The notes below the pieces were generated by a model. The model was not told the origin of the DNA, did not search any database, and was given only the letters and a program-made list of their open reading frames with translations. A program made the translations under genes and the position numbers. 64,000 nucleotides of DNA from an uncultured Actinomycetes bacterium. Lineage in GTDB: Bacteria; Actinomycetota; Thermoleophilia; Gaiellales; Gaiellaceae. The DNA lies in contig CAVQHY010000007.1 of assembly GCA_963712465.1 (NCBI GenBank), positions 81,379 to 145,378 of the forward strand, in the 5' to 3' direction. Positions 34,880-43,597 of the stretch are shown here, piece by piece (within the stretch, counting starts at the first letter, position 1; every line of letters starts with the position of its first letter).

Positions 34880-36292
34880 TCACGCGACCGCCCTCGCGTT
34901 GACGAGCTCCTCGCCGAAGCGCGCACGCTTGACGAACTGGCCCGCGCCGGGGTGCGCGACACACTCGTCGCCCTCGATGATCGTCTGCCCGCGCACGAGG
35001 ACGACCTCAGGGGCTCCGGTCACCTCCGTGCCCTCGAAGAGGTTGTAGTCGACGTTCGAGTGGTGCGTCTTCGCCGAGATCGTCAGCTTCTTGTCGGGAT
35101 CCCAGACGACGATGTCGGCGTCGGAGCCGACCGCGATCGTCCCCTTCTTCGGATACAGGCCGAAGAACTTCGCCACATTCGCGGACACGAGCTCGACGAA
35201 GCGGTTGGGCGAGAAGCGCCCGGCGGAGACGCCGAACGTCCAGAGCATGTGCAGCCGGTTCTCGATCCCCGGGCCGCCGTTCGGGATCTTCGAGAAGTCG
35301 TCCTTGCCGAGTGTCTTCTGGCCGTCCCAGTTGAACGGGCAGTGGTCCGTTGAGACGACCGAGAGAACGTCCGTGGCGAGGGCGTGCCACAGGTGCTCCC
35401 AGTTCTCCTTCGGTCGTGGCGGCGGCGTGTACACGTACTTGCCGCCCTCGAAGTTCGGCTGATCGAGCTTCGACTCGTCGACGAACAGGTACTGCGTGCA
35501 CGTCTCGCCCCACGCCTGCCAGTCGTCCGTGCGCGCGCGGGCGATCGGGTCGATCGCCTCCTTGCAGGAGACGTGGACGACGTACAGCGGCGCCCCGGCG
35601 ACGCGCGCCAGCTGGATCGCGCGGTTCGTCGCCTCGCCCTCGGTGAGCGGCGGGCGCGTCCGCGCGTGCCAGATCGTGCCGAGGTTGCCCGCCGCGACCG
35701 CCTCCTTCACGAGGACGTCGATCGCGTCGCCGTTCTCGGCGTGCACCATCACGAGCGCACCCGTATCGCGCGCAACCTGCATCGTCTTGAAGAGCGTCTC
35801 GTCGTCGACCATCACGGCGCCCTTGTAGGCCATGAAGAGCTTGTAGGACGTCACGCCCTCGTCCGGCATGGTCGCGAGCTCCTCGAGCGATCCGCCGGTG
35901 TGCAGATCGGTGATCGCCATGTGGGCGCCCACGTCGATCACCGGTTTCGCCCGCTCGACCTTGGCGTGCCAGTTGCCGAGCGCCTGCGCGAAGCTCTCGC
36001 CCGGATACTGGACGCAGAAGTCGACGAGCGACGTCGTACCGCCGAACGCTGCGGACACGGTGCCGGACGTGAAGTCGTCGCAAGTCGTCGTGCCCCCGAA
36101 GAACATCTCGATGTGCGTGTGCGGGTCGATCGCGCCGGGCATGACGATCTTTCCCGTCGCGTCGATCACCTTGTCGGCCGCCAGGTCCAGCGACTCGCCG
36201 ATCAGCGTCACCGTCCCGTTCTCGGCGTAGATGTCGCCGACGTAGTCGTCGGCCGCAGTGACGATGCGGCCGCCCTTGATCAGAACGGACAT
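34880..36292 (-). CDS. Dihydropyrimidinase / D-hydantoinase (cyclic amidohydrolase).
   Basis: MSVLIKGGRIVTA...GAIDPHTHIEM...SYKLFMAYKG (carboxylated Lys context)...VHAENGD...STDHCPF. Confidence 0.9.
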   Translation of the reverse strand: MSVLIKGGRIVTAADDYVGDIYAENGTVTLIGESLDLAADKVIDATGKIVMPGAIDPHTHIEMFFGGTTTCDDFTSGTVSAAFGGTTSLVDFCVQYPGESFAQALGNWHAKVERAKPVIDVGAHMAITDLHTGGSLEELATMPDEGVTSYKLFMAYKGAVMVDDETLFKTMQVARDTGALVMVHAENGDAIDVLVKEAVAAGNLGTIWHARTRPPLTEGEATNRAIQLARVAGAPLYVVHVSCKEAIDPIARARTDDWQAWGETCTQYLFVDESKLDQPNFEGGKYVYTPPPRPKENWEHLWHALATDVLSVVSTDHCPFNWDGQKTLGKDDFSKIPNGGPGIENRLHMLWTFGVSAGRFSPNRFVELVSANVAKFFGLYPKKGTIAVGSDADIVVWDPDKKLTISAKTHHSNVDYNLFEGTEVTGAPEVVLVRGQTIIEGDECVAHPGAGQFVKRARFGEELVNARAVA

Positions 36293-36347
36293 CTCTGGAC
36301 TCCCTTCTCTGCTCGAGCTATCTGTGTCGCCTTCATCAGGGTCTCGA

Positions 36348-37259
36348 CTAGCGCGCCCGCGCGCCGAGCTGACCCGCCTCGATTCCCTCGACCTGGCCAA
36401 GCTCCTCGCGCGCCTGCACCTCGGCCGCCACCCCGGCGCTGCGGCGGCGCAGCACGACGACCGCGACGATCAGGAAGATCCCGACGGTGATCAGCGAGAC
36501 TGCGGTCGTCGCCGTGCCGAGCGCGTAGAGGTCCGGCTGGATGATCGAGCCGACCGTGAGGGCGAAGATCTGGATCGGGAGGGTGTTCTCGCCGGAGCCG
36601 AGAACGAGCGCCGTGCGGTCGTAGTCGTTCCAGGAGAGCGTGAAGCCGAACAGTAACGCACCGAAGATCCCGGTCCAGATCAGCGGCAGCGTCACCTCGC
36701 GAAACGTCGTACCGGCGCTCGCTCCGAGATCGCGCGCGGCCTCCTCGACCCGGACGTCGTAGCGGTTCCAGACCGCGACCATGACGAGGAACCCGAACGG
36801 CAGGCCCCAGATCACGTTCGTCCCGAGCGCGGTCTTCCAGATGTCCGGCTGGAGCCCCATCGTCTCCCAGAAGAGCGCGGTGCCGAGGCTGAGCAGGAAG
36901 CCGGGCGTCATCAGGCAGAGGAGGATCAGGTAGAAGAGGATGCCGTCGCCCCAGAAGCGCCGCCGGAACGCCATCGAGAGGGTGAGTGAGAGCACAGCCA
37001 CGACCGCGCCGACGGCGAGGGCGAGGTAGAAGGAGCGCAGTCCCGTCTCCCGGATGTCGTCCGCGTGCGAGAGCGGGAGGGAATCGTCCCACAGCGCCCG
37101 CCACCAGTTGAGGCCGAGGCCCTCGACCGGAAACGTCAGGCCGCCGCGTGGCCCCTGGAACGAGAGCACCGCCATGACGATGATCGGCCCGTAGAGAAAG
37201 AGCAGGAAGAGCACGAAGTACGCGGCGAGCGCCCGCCTCGACCACTTGCCGCGCTCCAT
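36348..37259 (-). CDS. ABC transporter permease (PotC-like).
   Basis: 6-TM protein with an EAA loop (VEEAARDLGASAGTTFREVTLPL). Confidence 0.85.
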   Translation of the reverse strand: MERGKWSRRALAAYFVLFLLFLYGPIIVMAVLSFQGPRGGLTFPVEGLGLNWWRALWDDSLPLSHADDIRETGLRSFYLALAVGAVVAVLSLTLSMAFRRRFWGDGILFYLILLCLMTPGFLLSLGTALFWETMGLQPDIWKTALGTNVIWGLPFGFLVMVAVWNRYDVRVEEAARDLGASAGTTFREVTLPLIWTGIFGALLFGFTLSWNDYDRTALVLGSGENTLPIQIFALTVGSIIQPDLYALGTATTAVSLITVGIFLIVAVVVLRRRSAGVAAEVQAREELGQVEGIEAGQLGARAR

Positions 37260-37260
37260 C

Positions 37261-37424
37261 AGTGGTCGCTCCGGGAAGTTCGGTGGTGATTGGCCGAGCG
37301 AGAACCGAGCAGCGCTAGGACGCAGGGAGCCCTCATACGTGAACGTATGGGGGCGACCGAGGACGACGCGATGCGAAGCGTTCGCAGCCGGCCAAGCGGT
37401 GCCGGATTTCCCGGAGCGACCACT
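37261..37424. repeat. 164-bp structured element bounded by perfect 17-bp terminal inverted repeats (MITE-like, or a regulatory RNA structure).
   Basis: AGTGGTCGCTCCGGGAA (37261-37277) and TTCCCGGAGCGACCACT (37408-37424). Internal hairpins lie at 37330-37353 and 37373-37385. It fills the whole gap between two permease genes. Confidence 0.75.
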
Positions 37425-37427
37425 TAG

Positions 37428-38414
37428 CTAGAGGTCCTCGCGGAGGTTGGAGAACCGCAGCAGCACGAAGACCCCGAGCATCATCGCCAGGACGAGGAAG
37501 ACCGCAGACGCCGCGGCGGTCGGGTAGAGGACGTTGTTCACCTGGTTCTGGATGATCGTCCCGACCGAGCCGACGGTATTGCCGCCGACGATCCGGTACG
37601 TGCCGTAGTCGCCCATCGAGAGGACGAACACGAAGATCGATCCGATCACGATCCCCGGGGCCGACTGCGGCAGGATCACCTCGCGGAAGGACTTGAACCA
37701 GTTGGCGCCCAGGTCCCGTGATGCCTCCAGGGCGCTCCGGTCGACCTGGGCGAGCATGAAGAAGAGGGGCGTGACCATGAAGAGGATGTAGAGCTGGATC
37801 ATCGCCAGCACGACGGAGAAGTTCGAGAAGCTGAGGATCGCGAGCGGCTCGTCGATCAGGCCGAGCCGCTCGAGCACCGTGTTGACAGCACCCTCCCGGC
37901 CCATCAGCGGATAGCGCCAGGCGACGGCGCGGATGATGTAGCTCGTCCAGAAGGGCGCCAGCGCGATGATGAAGAGCGCGACCTGGTTGCGCAGGTTCCG
38001 CACGGTGATCGCGAGGTAGTACGCGACCGGGAACCCGAGCAGAAGGCACGCACCGACGACGATCAACGAGTTGAAGAAGCTCTGCCGAAGCTGGCTCCAG
38101 TAGACGGCGCTCGAGAACAGCTTGTCGTAGCTGTCGAGCGTCCAGGTCTTCTCGAACCCGCTCGACGTCTGCGTCCAGAAACTGACGAGGATGATGGTGA
38201 CGACGGGGGCGACGAGGAAGAACAGGAGCCAGAGCGTGCCCGGAGCGGCCCAGGCCGCGGTCACCCACCCCCTGCGGCGATCGACGCCCGCCTCGCCGAG
38301 CGCTCCCTCCGGCAGCGGCGCAGGCTCCTTCTCGACGAGCTCCTCGACCTCCTCGATCTCGGCGACGTCGAGACGCGGCATCGCCCGATCGTCAGGAGGC
38401 AAGGAGCTGGACAT
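37428..38414 (-). CDS. ABC transporter permease (PotB-like).
   Basis: 6-TM protein with an EAA loop (LEASRDLGANWFKSFREVILP). 23-nt overlap with the ATPase gene. Confidence 0.85.
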   Translation of the reverse strand: MSSSLPPDDRAMPRLDVAEIEEVEELVEKEPAPLPEGALGEAGVDRRRGWVTAAWAAPGTLWLLFFLVAPVVTIILVSFWTQTSSGFEKTWTLDSYDKLFSSAVYWSQLRQSFFNSLIVVGACLLLGFPVAYYLAITVRNLRNQVALFIIALAPFWTSYIIRAVAWRYPLMGREGAVNTVLERLGLIDEPLAILSFSNFSVVLAMIQLYILFMVTPLFFMLAQVDRSALEASRDLGANWFKSFREVILPQSAPGIVIGSIFVFVLSMGDYGTYRIVGGNTVGSVGTIIQNQVNNVLYPTAAASAVFLVLAMMLGVFVLLRFSNLREDL

Positions 38415-39555
38415 CCTCCTCCTTCCAGGAGATCCGTACCGTCGTTCCCTCCTTGCCGCGGAAATCCGGATAGCGGTCGCCGGGGACCTTCGCGAGCATG
38501 CGCTCGCCGCCGACGGAGAGGTGGAGCTTCACGAGGTCGCCGAGGTACTCGACGAAGACGATCTCGGCGGTCGCCTGGTTGACGCCGTCCCCGCCGCCAC
38601 CCCCCTCCTCGACGCTCGTCGCGGCGGCGCGGATCGACGCGGTCGCAGGCGAGCCCGTGGGCCGCTCCGCCCCCTGCGCCCGGAGACGGACTCTGATCGT
38701 CCCGTCGTCGATCGTCAGCCGGTCGCCGTCGCTTGCCGCGACCGTGCCCCGAACGAGGTTGTTGTCGCCCATGAACGCGGCGACGAGCTCCGTCGCGGGT
38801 CGGGTCGAGATCGTCAGCGGATCGCCGATCTGCTGGATGCGGCCGTCGTTCATCACGACGATCCGGTCGGCCATGGAGAGGGACTCCTCCTGGTTGTGCG
38901 TCACGTGGATGAACGTGATCCCGAGCTGACGCTGGAGGTTGCGCAGCTCGACCCGCATGCGCAGTTGCAACAGCCGGTCGAGGTCGCCGAGCGGCTCGTC
39001 GAGCAGAAGCGCCTTCGGCTCGGTGACGAGCACGCGCGCGAGCGCGACGCGCTGCTGCTGCCCGCCCGACAGCGCGCGGGGCTTTCGGTCCGCGAGCTGG
39101 GTGAGACCCACCATCTCGAGGGACTCGAACGCGCGCCGCCGGCGCTCTTCCTTCGAGACGCCGTGCATCTTCAGCCCGAACTCGACGTTGTCGACCACGC
39201 TCTTGTGCGGGAAGAGCGCGAAGTGCTGGAACACGGTCGTGGTCGGCCGCTTGTCGGGCGGGAGGCCGACGAGAGACTCCCCGTCCAGCAGGATCTCGCC
39301 GCTCGACGGCTCCTCGTGGCCCCCGATCATGCGCAGCGTCGTCGTCTTACCGCAGCCCGATGGGCCGAGGAGGACGACGTACTCCCCGTGCTCGATCGTC
39401 AGATTGATGTCGTCGACCGCGACGACGCCCCCGGCGAACACCTTGGTCAGGTGGCGAAGCTCGAACCCCGCCCCGCCCGCGTGGGTGGAGGGGGCGGCGG
39501 CTGCCGCCCCCTCCATCTCAGTCGTGTCGTTTTGGTCGCCTGCCTGCTCCGCCAT
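38392..39555 (-). CDS. ABC transporter ATP-binding protein (PotA-like).
   Basis: Walker A GPSGCGKTT, signature LSGGQQQRVALARVL, Walker B LLLDEPLG. ATG 39555 is preferred because the upstream SBP gene stops at 39561. Confidence 0.9.
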   Translation of the reverse strand: MAEQAGDQNDTTEMEGAAAAAPSTHAGGAGFELRHLTKVFAGGVVAVDDINLTIEHGEYVVLLGPSGCGKTTTLRMIGGHEEPSSGEILLDGESLVGLPPDKRPTTTVFQHFALFPHKSVVDNVEFGLKMHGVSKEERRRRAFESLEMVGLTQLADRKPRALSGGQQQRVALARVLVTEPKALLLDEPLGDLDRLLQLRMRVELRNLQRQLGITFIHVTHNQEESLSMADRIVVMNDGRIQQIGDPLTISTRPATELVAAFMGDNNLVRGTVAASDGDRLTIDDGTIRVRLRAQGAERPTGSPATASIRAAATSVEEGGGGGDGVNQATAEIVFVEYLGDLVKLHLSVGGERMLAKVPGDRYPDFRGKEGTTVRISWKEEDVQLLAS

Positions 39556-39560
39556 GGGGC

Positions 39561-41075
39561 CTAAGCGGCCTGGAACTCGTTCCACTTGGCGACCATGTAC
39601 TCCTCTTCCTGCGGGTGCGAGTTCCAGGTCAGGTAGTTGCAGGCGCGGTCGGTGAACGAGCCGCCGTCGCGGGTGGTACCGGCCTTGATGTCACCGGGCT
39701 GACCCGTGATGCCGGGGAGGTCCGTGGCGGCAGGCTTGCCCTCGATCCAAAAGTCCCACTCGTCGGGGGTGACGTACTGGCGGCTCGTCTCCTGGACGGC
39801 GTTGTAGTAGCCCTGGCGCATCATGATCGCGCCGGGGACGCCGCCGAGCCACCAGTTGATGTAGTCGTATGCCGCCTGGAGCTTCGCCGGGTCCGTGAGG
39901 CTCTTCGAGATCGCCTGCCCGTCGGACCAGCCGCGGAAGCCCTCGGGCGGCGCGGCATACCGGACCGGGATGCCCTGGACGACCAGGAGCGCCACCGCGG
40001 GCGACCACATCGACTCGATCACGACCTCGCCGGAGGCCATCAGCTGCACGGATTCGTCGAACGTCGTCCAGAACGCCCTGAACTGACCCTTCTTCTTGTA
40101 GTCGTTGAGGATCTTGAACAGGCCGTCCATCTCCTCCTTGGTCATGTTCCCGAGGTCGGCCACGTCGATCAGGCCGAGCGCCTCGGCGGCGGCGCCGAGA
40201 TCCTGGAGCGAGATCGTCGGGTCCGCGAGCACGGCGACGCGGCCCTTGTACGCCGGGTTGAGGAGCTCCGCCCAGGAGAGCTCGTTCGGCTCCTTGGCGA
40301 TGACGTCCGTGTTGTACCCCATCGAGTCCATGTTGAAGTTCTGAGGCACGCCGGTGACCCATTGCGGCTCGTCGCCCGCGCCGGCGATCGGGCTCGCCGT
40401 GAGGTCGGACGGCCACTGCACGAGCATTCCCTCGTTCTCCGTCCGGGTGTTCGGGGACACCGTCCAGGTGCCGCTCGCGTCGGGATCGACGTACAGCTTG
40501 GTCACCGGAGCGTCGCCCTGGCCCACAACGCAGGTCGTGCTCGCGGGGTCGACCTTGCCGAGCTTGAAGAGCGGGTTGACCTGATCCCAGAGGGTGATCT
40601 TCGTGCGATCGATCGGCTGGAAGTTTCCCGAGGGCCAGAGCCGGTCGTACTGGTAGTGGTAACCGGAGAAGACGTCGAACGAGTCCGGCTTGGTCAGCGC
40701 GATCTGCTCCATCGTCACCGTGTCGGTGACCTGGAATTTGAGCGTGAAGCCGAGGTCCTTCTCGGCCGCCTCGGCGATCGGGTCGATCAGGTCGACGCCG
40801 AGACCCAGGACGTTGAGCGTGCCCGTGAACTTCTCCGCGGCCGGTGCGGCCTCGGACGTGGCCGGCTCGGACGTGGCCGGAGGAGCGGCCGGCGCCGGCG
40901 TCGCTGCTTCCTCGTCGCTGCCGCCGCCGCAGGCCGCGAAGAGGGAGCCGAGCCCGACCGCCGCAGCGAACCCGGCGCCTCCCTTGACGAGATCGCGACG
41001 GGTCAGGCCGCGCCTCTTCAGCTCGTGCTCGAGCTGCCTCTCGAGGTTGTCTCGATCTCCTTCACGTTCACTCAT
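39561..41075 (-). CDS. ABC transporter substrate-binding protein with Tat/lipoprotein signal.
   Basis: Twin-arginine plus lipobox: RRGLTRRDLVKGGAGFAAAVGLGSLFAACGG. 504 aa, PotD-like. AAAGGAG Shine-Dalgarno sequence upstream. Confidence 0.85.
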   Translation of the reverse strand: MSEREGDRDNLERQLEHELKRRGLTRRDLVKGGAGFAAAVGLGSLFAACGGGSDEEAATPAPAAPPATSEPATSEAAPAAEKFTGTLNVLGLGVDLIDPIAEAAEKDLGFTLKFQVTDTVTMEQIALTKPDSFDVFSGYHYQYDRLWPSGNFQPIDRTKITLWDQVNPLFKLGKVDPASTTCVVGQGDAPVTKLYVDPDASGTWTVSPNTRTENEGMLVQWPSDLTASPIAGAGDEPQWVTGVPQNFNMDSMGYNTDVIAKEPNELSWAELLNPAYKGRVAVLADPTISLQDLGAAAEALGLIDVADLGNMTKEEMDGLFKILNDYKKKGQFRAFWTTFDESVQLMASGEVVIESMWSPAVALLVVQGIPVRYAAPPEGFRGWSDGQAISKSLTDPAKLQAAYDYINWWLGGVPGAIMMRQGYYNAVQETSRQYVTPDEWDFWIEGKPAATDLPGITGQPGDIKAGTTRDGGSFTDRACNYLTWNSHPQEEEYMVAKWNEFQAA

Positions 41076-41195
41076 ACCGTCAGTCTCCTTTCTCCTCGCC
41101 GGCCGGAACGCTCTGGGGCGCGAATCGACACGGCGCTGCTCGGCGGAGACGCGTCGCGTCGGTGTGACAGGAACTCCTGTACGAGATCAGCCCCT

Positions 41196-41225
41196 TGTAT
41201 ACGGCCTCGGGCACCCGTTCGTCAA
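41196..41225 (-). promoter_or_regulatory. Candidate sigma-70-type promoter for the ABC/hydantoinase operon.
   Basis: On the minus strand: TTGACG, 18 nt, TATACA, about 120-150 nt upstream of the SBP start. The palindrome ACAGGAACTCCTGT (41167-41180) lies just downstream. Confidence 0.35.
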
Positions 41226-41343
41226 TGGCGGTCCAGCTCGTCATGTCTGACTTTCGGGCGCGCGAGGGCGCCTGGTGCCTCCTCCACGTAGGCTCGTTAC
41301 CCCGATAGGACGTCCGCGGAGGCCGTCGGTTTGTGCGTCCGGG

Positions 41344-42219
41344 TTATGTCGCAGCCGCCTCGCTTGCCGCGCGCGCTCGGGCCGCTACAGCACGGTGGCG
41401 GGTGAAGAACTCGATCACGACGCGGTTGTGCTCTTCGCTCGAATCGAAGATCGTCGAGTGGTTCCCGCCGCGGACGACGTGCTTCTCGGCGCCCCGGATG
41501 CCTTCGACGATCGCCTGCTGCCCTGCGCCGGCGGGCCCCTGGTCCCAGGGCGTCATCAGGTCCTCGTCGCCGCCGATGACGAGCGCGGGCGAGCTGATGC
41601 GCGGGAGCCACTCGCGCAGATCCATGTCGCACATCGCCCGGCAGGCGGCGGTGAAGACCTCGAGCCGGTTCGAGTCGCGCAGGATCGTCTGGATGTGCGT
41701 CGCGAGCGCCTCGGCATCCTCTTGCTCGAGAAACCGCTTCGAGAGCGCCTGCCAGGTGATCAGCTCGGCCAGGATCCGGCTGCCTGGACCGTCGGGGTCG
41801 AGCGTGGCGATGTCGATCCAGTTCTTGAAGATGAGCCGGCCCGCGACGCCGAGCTTCGCAGCGGCGCAGTTGATCACGACGGAGGTGGTGCGGTGCGGGT
41901 ACTTGCCGGCGAAGACGATCGCGATCATCCCGCCCATCGAGGTCCCGTGGACGTGCGCGCGCTCGATCCCGAGCGCGTCCATCAGCCCAGCGAGGTCGTC
42001 TGCCCAGACCTCCATGTCGTAGTGCTGGATCGGCCGGTCCGATGCCCCGTAGCCGCGCATGTCGTAGTCGACCACGCGGAAGTGCTTCGAGAGCTCGGGG
42101 GTGGCCGGGTCGAAGTTGTAGTGCCCGAACCCGGCGCCGTGGACCTGGACGACCGGCTCGCCCTCGCCGGTGACCCGGTACCAGAGGTTGACCCCGTTGA
42201 CCTCGATCGTCCCGTCCAT
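41344..42219 (-). CDS. Alpha/beta-fold hydrolase.
   Basis: VVQVHGAGFG... nucleophile elbow HVHGTSMGGMIA... C-terminal GGNHS. Confidence 0.85.
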   Translation of the reverse strand: MDGTIEVNGVNLWYRVTGEGEPVVQVHGAGFGHYNFDPATPELSKHFRVVDYDMRGYGASDRPIQHYDMEVWADDLAGLMDALGIERAHVHGTSMGGMIAIVFAGKYPHRTTSVVINCAAAKLGVAGRLIFKNWIDIATLDPDGPGSRILAELITWQALSKRFLEQEDAEALATHIQTILRDSNRLEVFTAACRAMCDMDLREWLPRISSPALVIGGDEDLMTPWDQGPAGAGQQAIVEGIRGAEKHVVRGGNHSTIFDSSEEHNRVVIEFFTRHRAVAARARAASEAAAT

Positions 42220-42268
42220 CGATCCTCCCGGCTTGCGCAGGTCTCGTCCGAGGCGCGATTATCGCACG

Positions 42269-43402
42269 ATGTCAGACACTCGCCGCCCCGCCCGGGCGGA
42301 GGTCGTCGGCAGCCTGCTCCGGCCACCCCGGCTCCGCGCGGCGGTCGACGAGCTCTACGGGCCGGGCCACAGCGCGCTGCTCGCCGACGAGCGTGCCAAG
42401 GACCGCTCTCGCCTCGAGGCGCTGGAAGACGAGGCGATTCGCGAGGTGGTGAGGCGACAGGAGGAGGTCGGGCTCGATGTCGTCACCGACGGAGAGTTTC
42501 GCCGCTGGATGTTCCTCAACTCGTTCTACGACGCGGTCGAGGGATTCGACACCGCCAAGACCGTGACCTTCACCGGCCGGGGCGGCGATGCTGTCGAGCT
42601 GCACGTCCACCGCGTCACGGAGCGGCTGCGACAGGTCGACTCTCCCGCCGCCCGTGAGGCGGCGTTCATGATCTCGGCGACCGAGCGGCCGTTCAAGGTG
42701 ACCTTCCCCGCCGCGTCGATCTTCGCCCATCCGTTCTCGTTCGACGCGGCCGAGCCGGGCGGCTACGGGAGTCTCGACGAGCTAGTGGTGCACATGATCG
42801 AGATCGAGCGAGGGCTCATCTCCGACGCGATCGGCACGGGGTGCCGCTACGTGCAGCTCGACTTTCCGCTCTACCCGTACCTCGTCGACCCGAGCTGGAT
42901 TGCACGATTCGAGTCCGCGGGGCACGATCTCACCGACCTGGTCGAGCGATCGCTCGCCGCCGATCGCACGGTTCTCGAGGGCCTGCCGCCGAAGGTCACG
43001 TCCGGGCTCCACGTGTGCCGGGGCAACTACCGCTCAAGCTGGATGTGCGAGGGCTCGCTCGAGCCGGTCGCCGAGGCGATGTTCTCGCTCCCGTACGACG
43101 TGTTCCTCGTCGAGTGGGACGACATCGGGCGCGACGGCGGCTTCGAGGCGCTCCGGCTCGTCCCCCGACCCGGCCCGATCGTCGTCATGGGAATCGTCTC
43201 GTCGAAGACCCGCGAGCTCGAGCGCGAGGACGACCTCGTTCGCCGGCTGGAAGAGGCCGCCGCATACCTGCCGCTCGATCAGCTCGCGATCTCGCCGCAG
43301 TGTGGCTTCGCCTCGGTGGTCGAAGGCAACGACATCGACGAGGACGCCCAGTGGCGCAAGCTCGAGCTCGTCGCCCGCGTGGCCGACCGCGTCTGGTCGT
43401 AA
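42269..43402 (+). CDS. Cobalamin-independent methionine synthase II family protein (MetE C-terminal-like).
   Basis: MSDTRRPARAEVVGSLLRPPRL...VVTDGEFRR...HVCRGNYRS...ISPQCGF. The ATG at 42269 avoids overlap with the divergent hydrolase gene. Confidence 0.75.
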   Translation: MSDTRRPARAEVVGSLLRPPRLRAAVDELYGPGHSALLADERAKDRSRLEALEDEAIREVVRRQEEVGLDVVTDGEFRRWMFLNSFYDAVEGFDTAKTVTFTGRGGDAVELHVHRVTERLRQVDSPAAREAAFMISATERPFKVTFPAASIFAHPFSFDAAEPGGYGSLDELVVHMIEIERGLISDAIGTGCRYVQLDFPLYPYLVDPSWIARFESAGHDLTDLVERSLAADRTVLEGLPPKVTSGLHVCRGNYRSSWMCEGSLEPVAEAMFSLPYDVFLVEWDDIGRDGGFEALRLVPRPGPIVVMGIVSSKTRELEREDDLVRRLEEAAAYLPLDQLAISPQCGFASVVEGNDIDEDAQWRKLELVARVADRVWS

Positions 43403-43474
43403 CCGTCCCATCGCGCCCTCCAGCTCGGTGACGATCGTGCACGACCGCACGCCTCCTGGCCCAACGAGACACGC

Positions 43475-43541
43475 CCGGGTCTGACCCCTGACATGACGAA
43501 CCCTGACATAGCCACCGTGGACATGCCGGGGTCAGACCCGG
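43475..43541. terminator. Long hairpin (14-bp perfect stem, 39-nt loop with GACAT repeats) between convergent genes.
   Basis: CCGGGTCTGACCCC (43475-43488) pairs with GGGGTCAGACCCGG (43528-43541). The loop carries CCCTGACAT twice plus GGACATG. Confidence 0.4.
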
Positions 43542-43597
43542 TTCGTGACGCTCGCCCACGGGCGCCCGGTTCGCCGCACCGCGGCCGACTGATCGGG

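Noticed and set aside
37261-37424. Interpreting the TIR-bounded element as a known riboswitch class.
   Set aside because: I could not find conserved cores of the TPP, SAM, cobalamin, glycine, purine, ZTP, c-di-AMP or guanidine classes by eye. It is kept only as an unclassified structured element or MITE.
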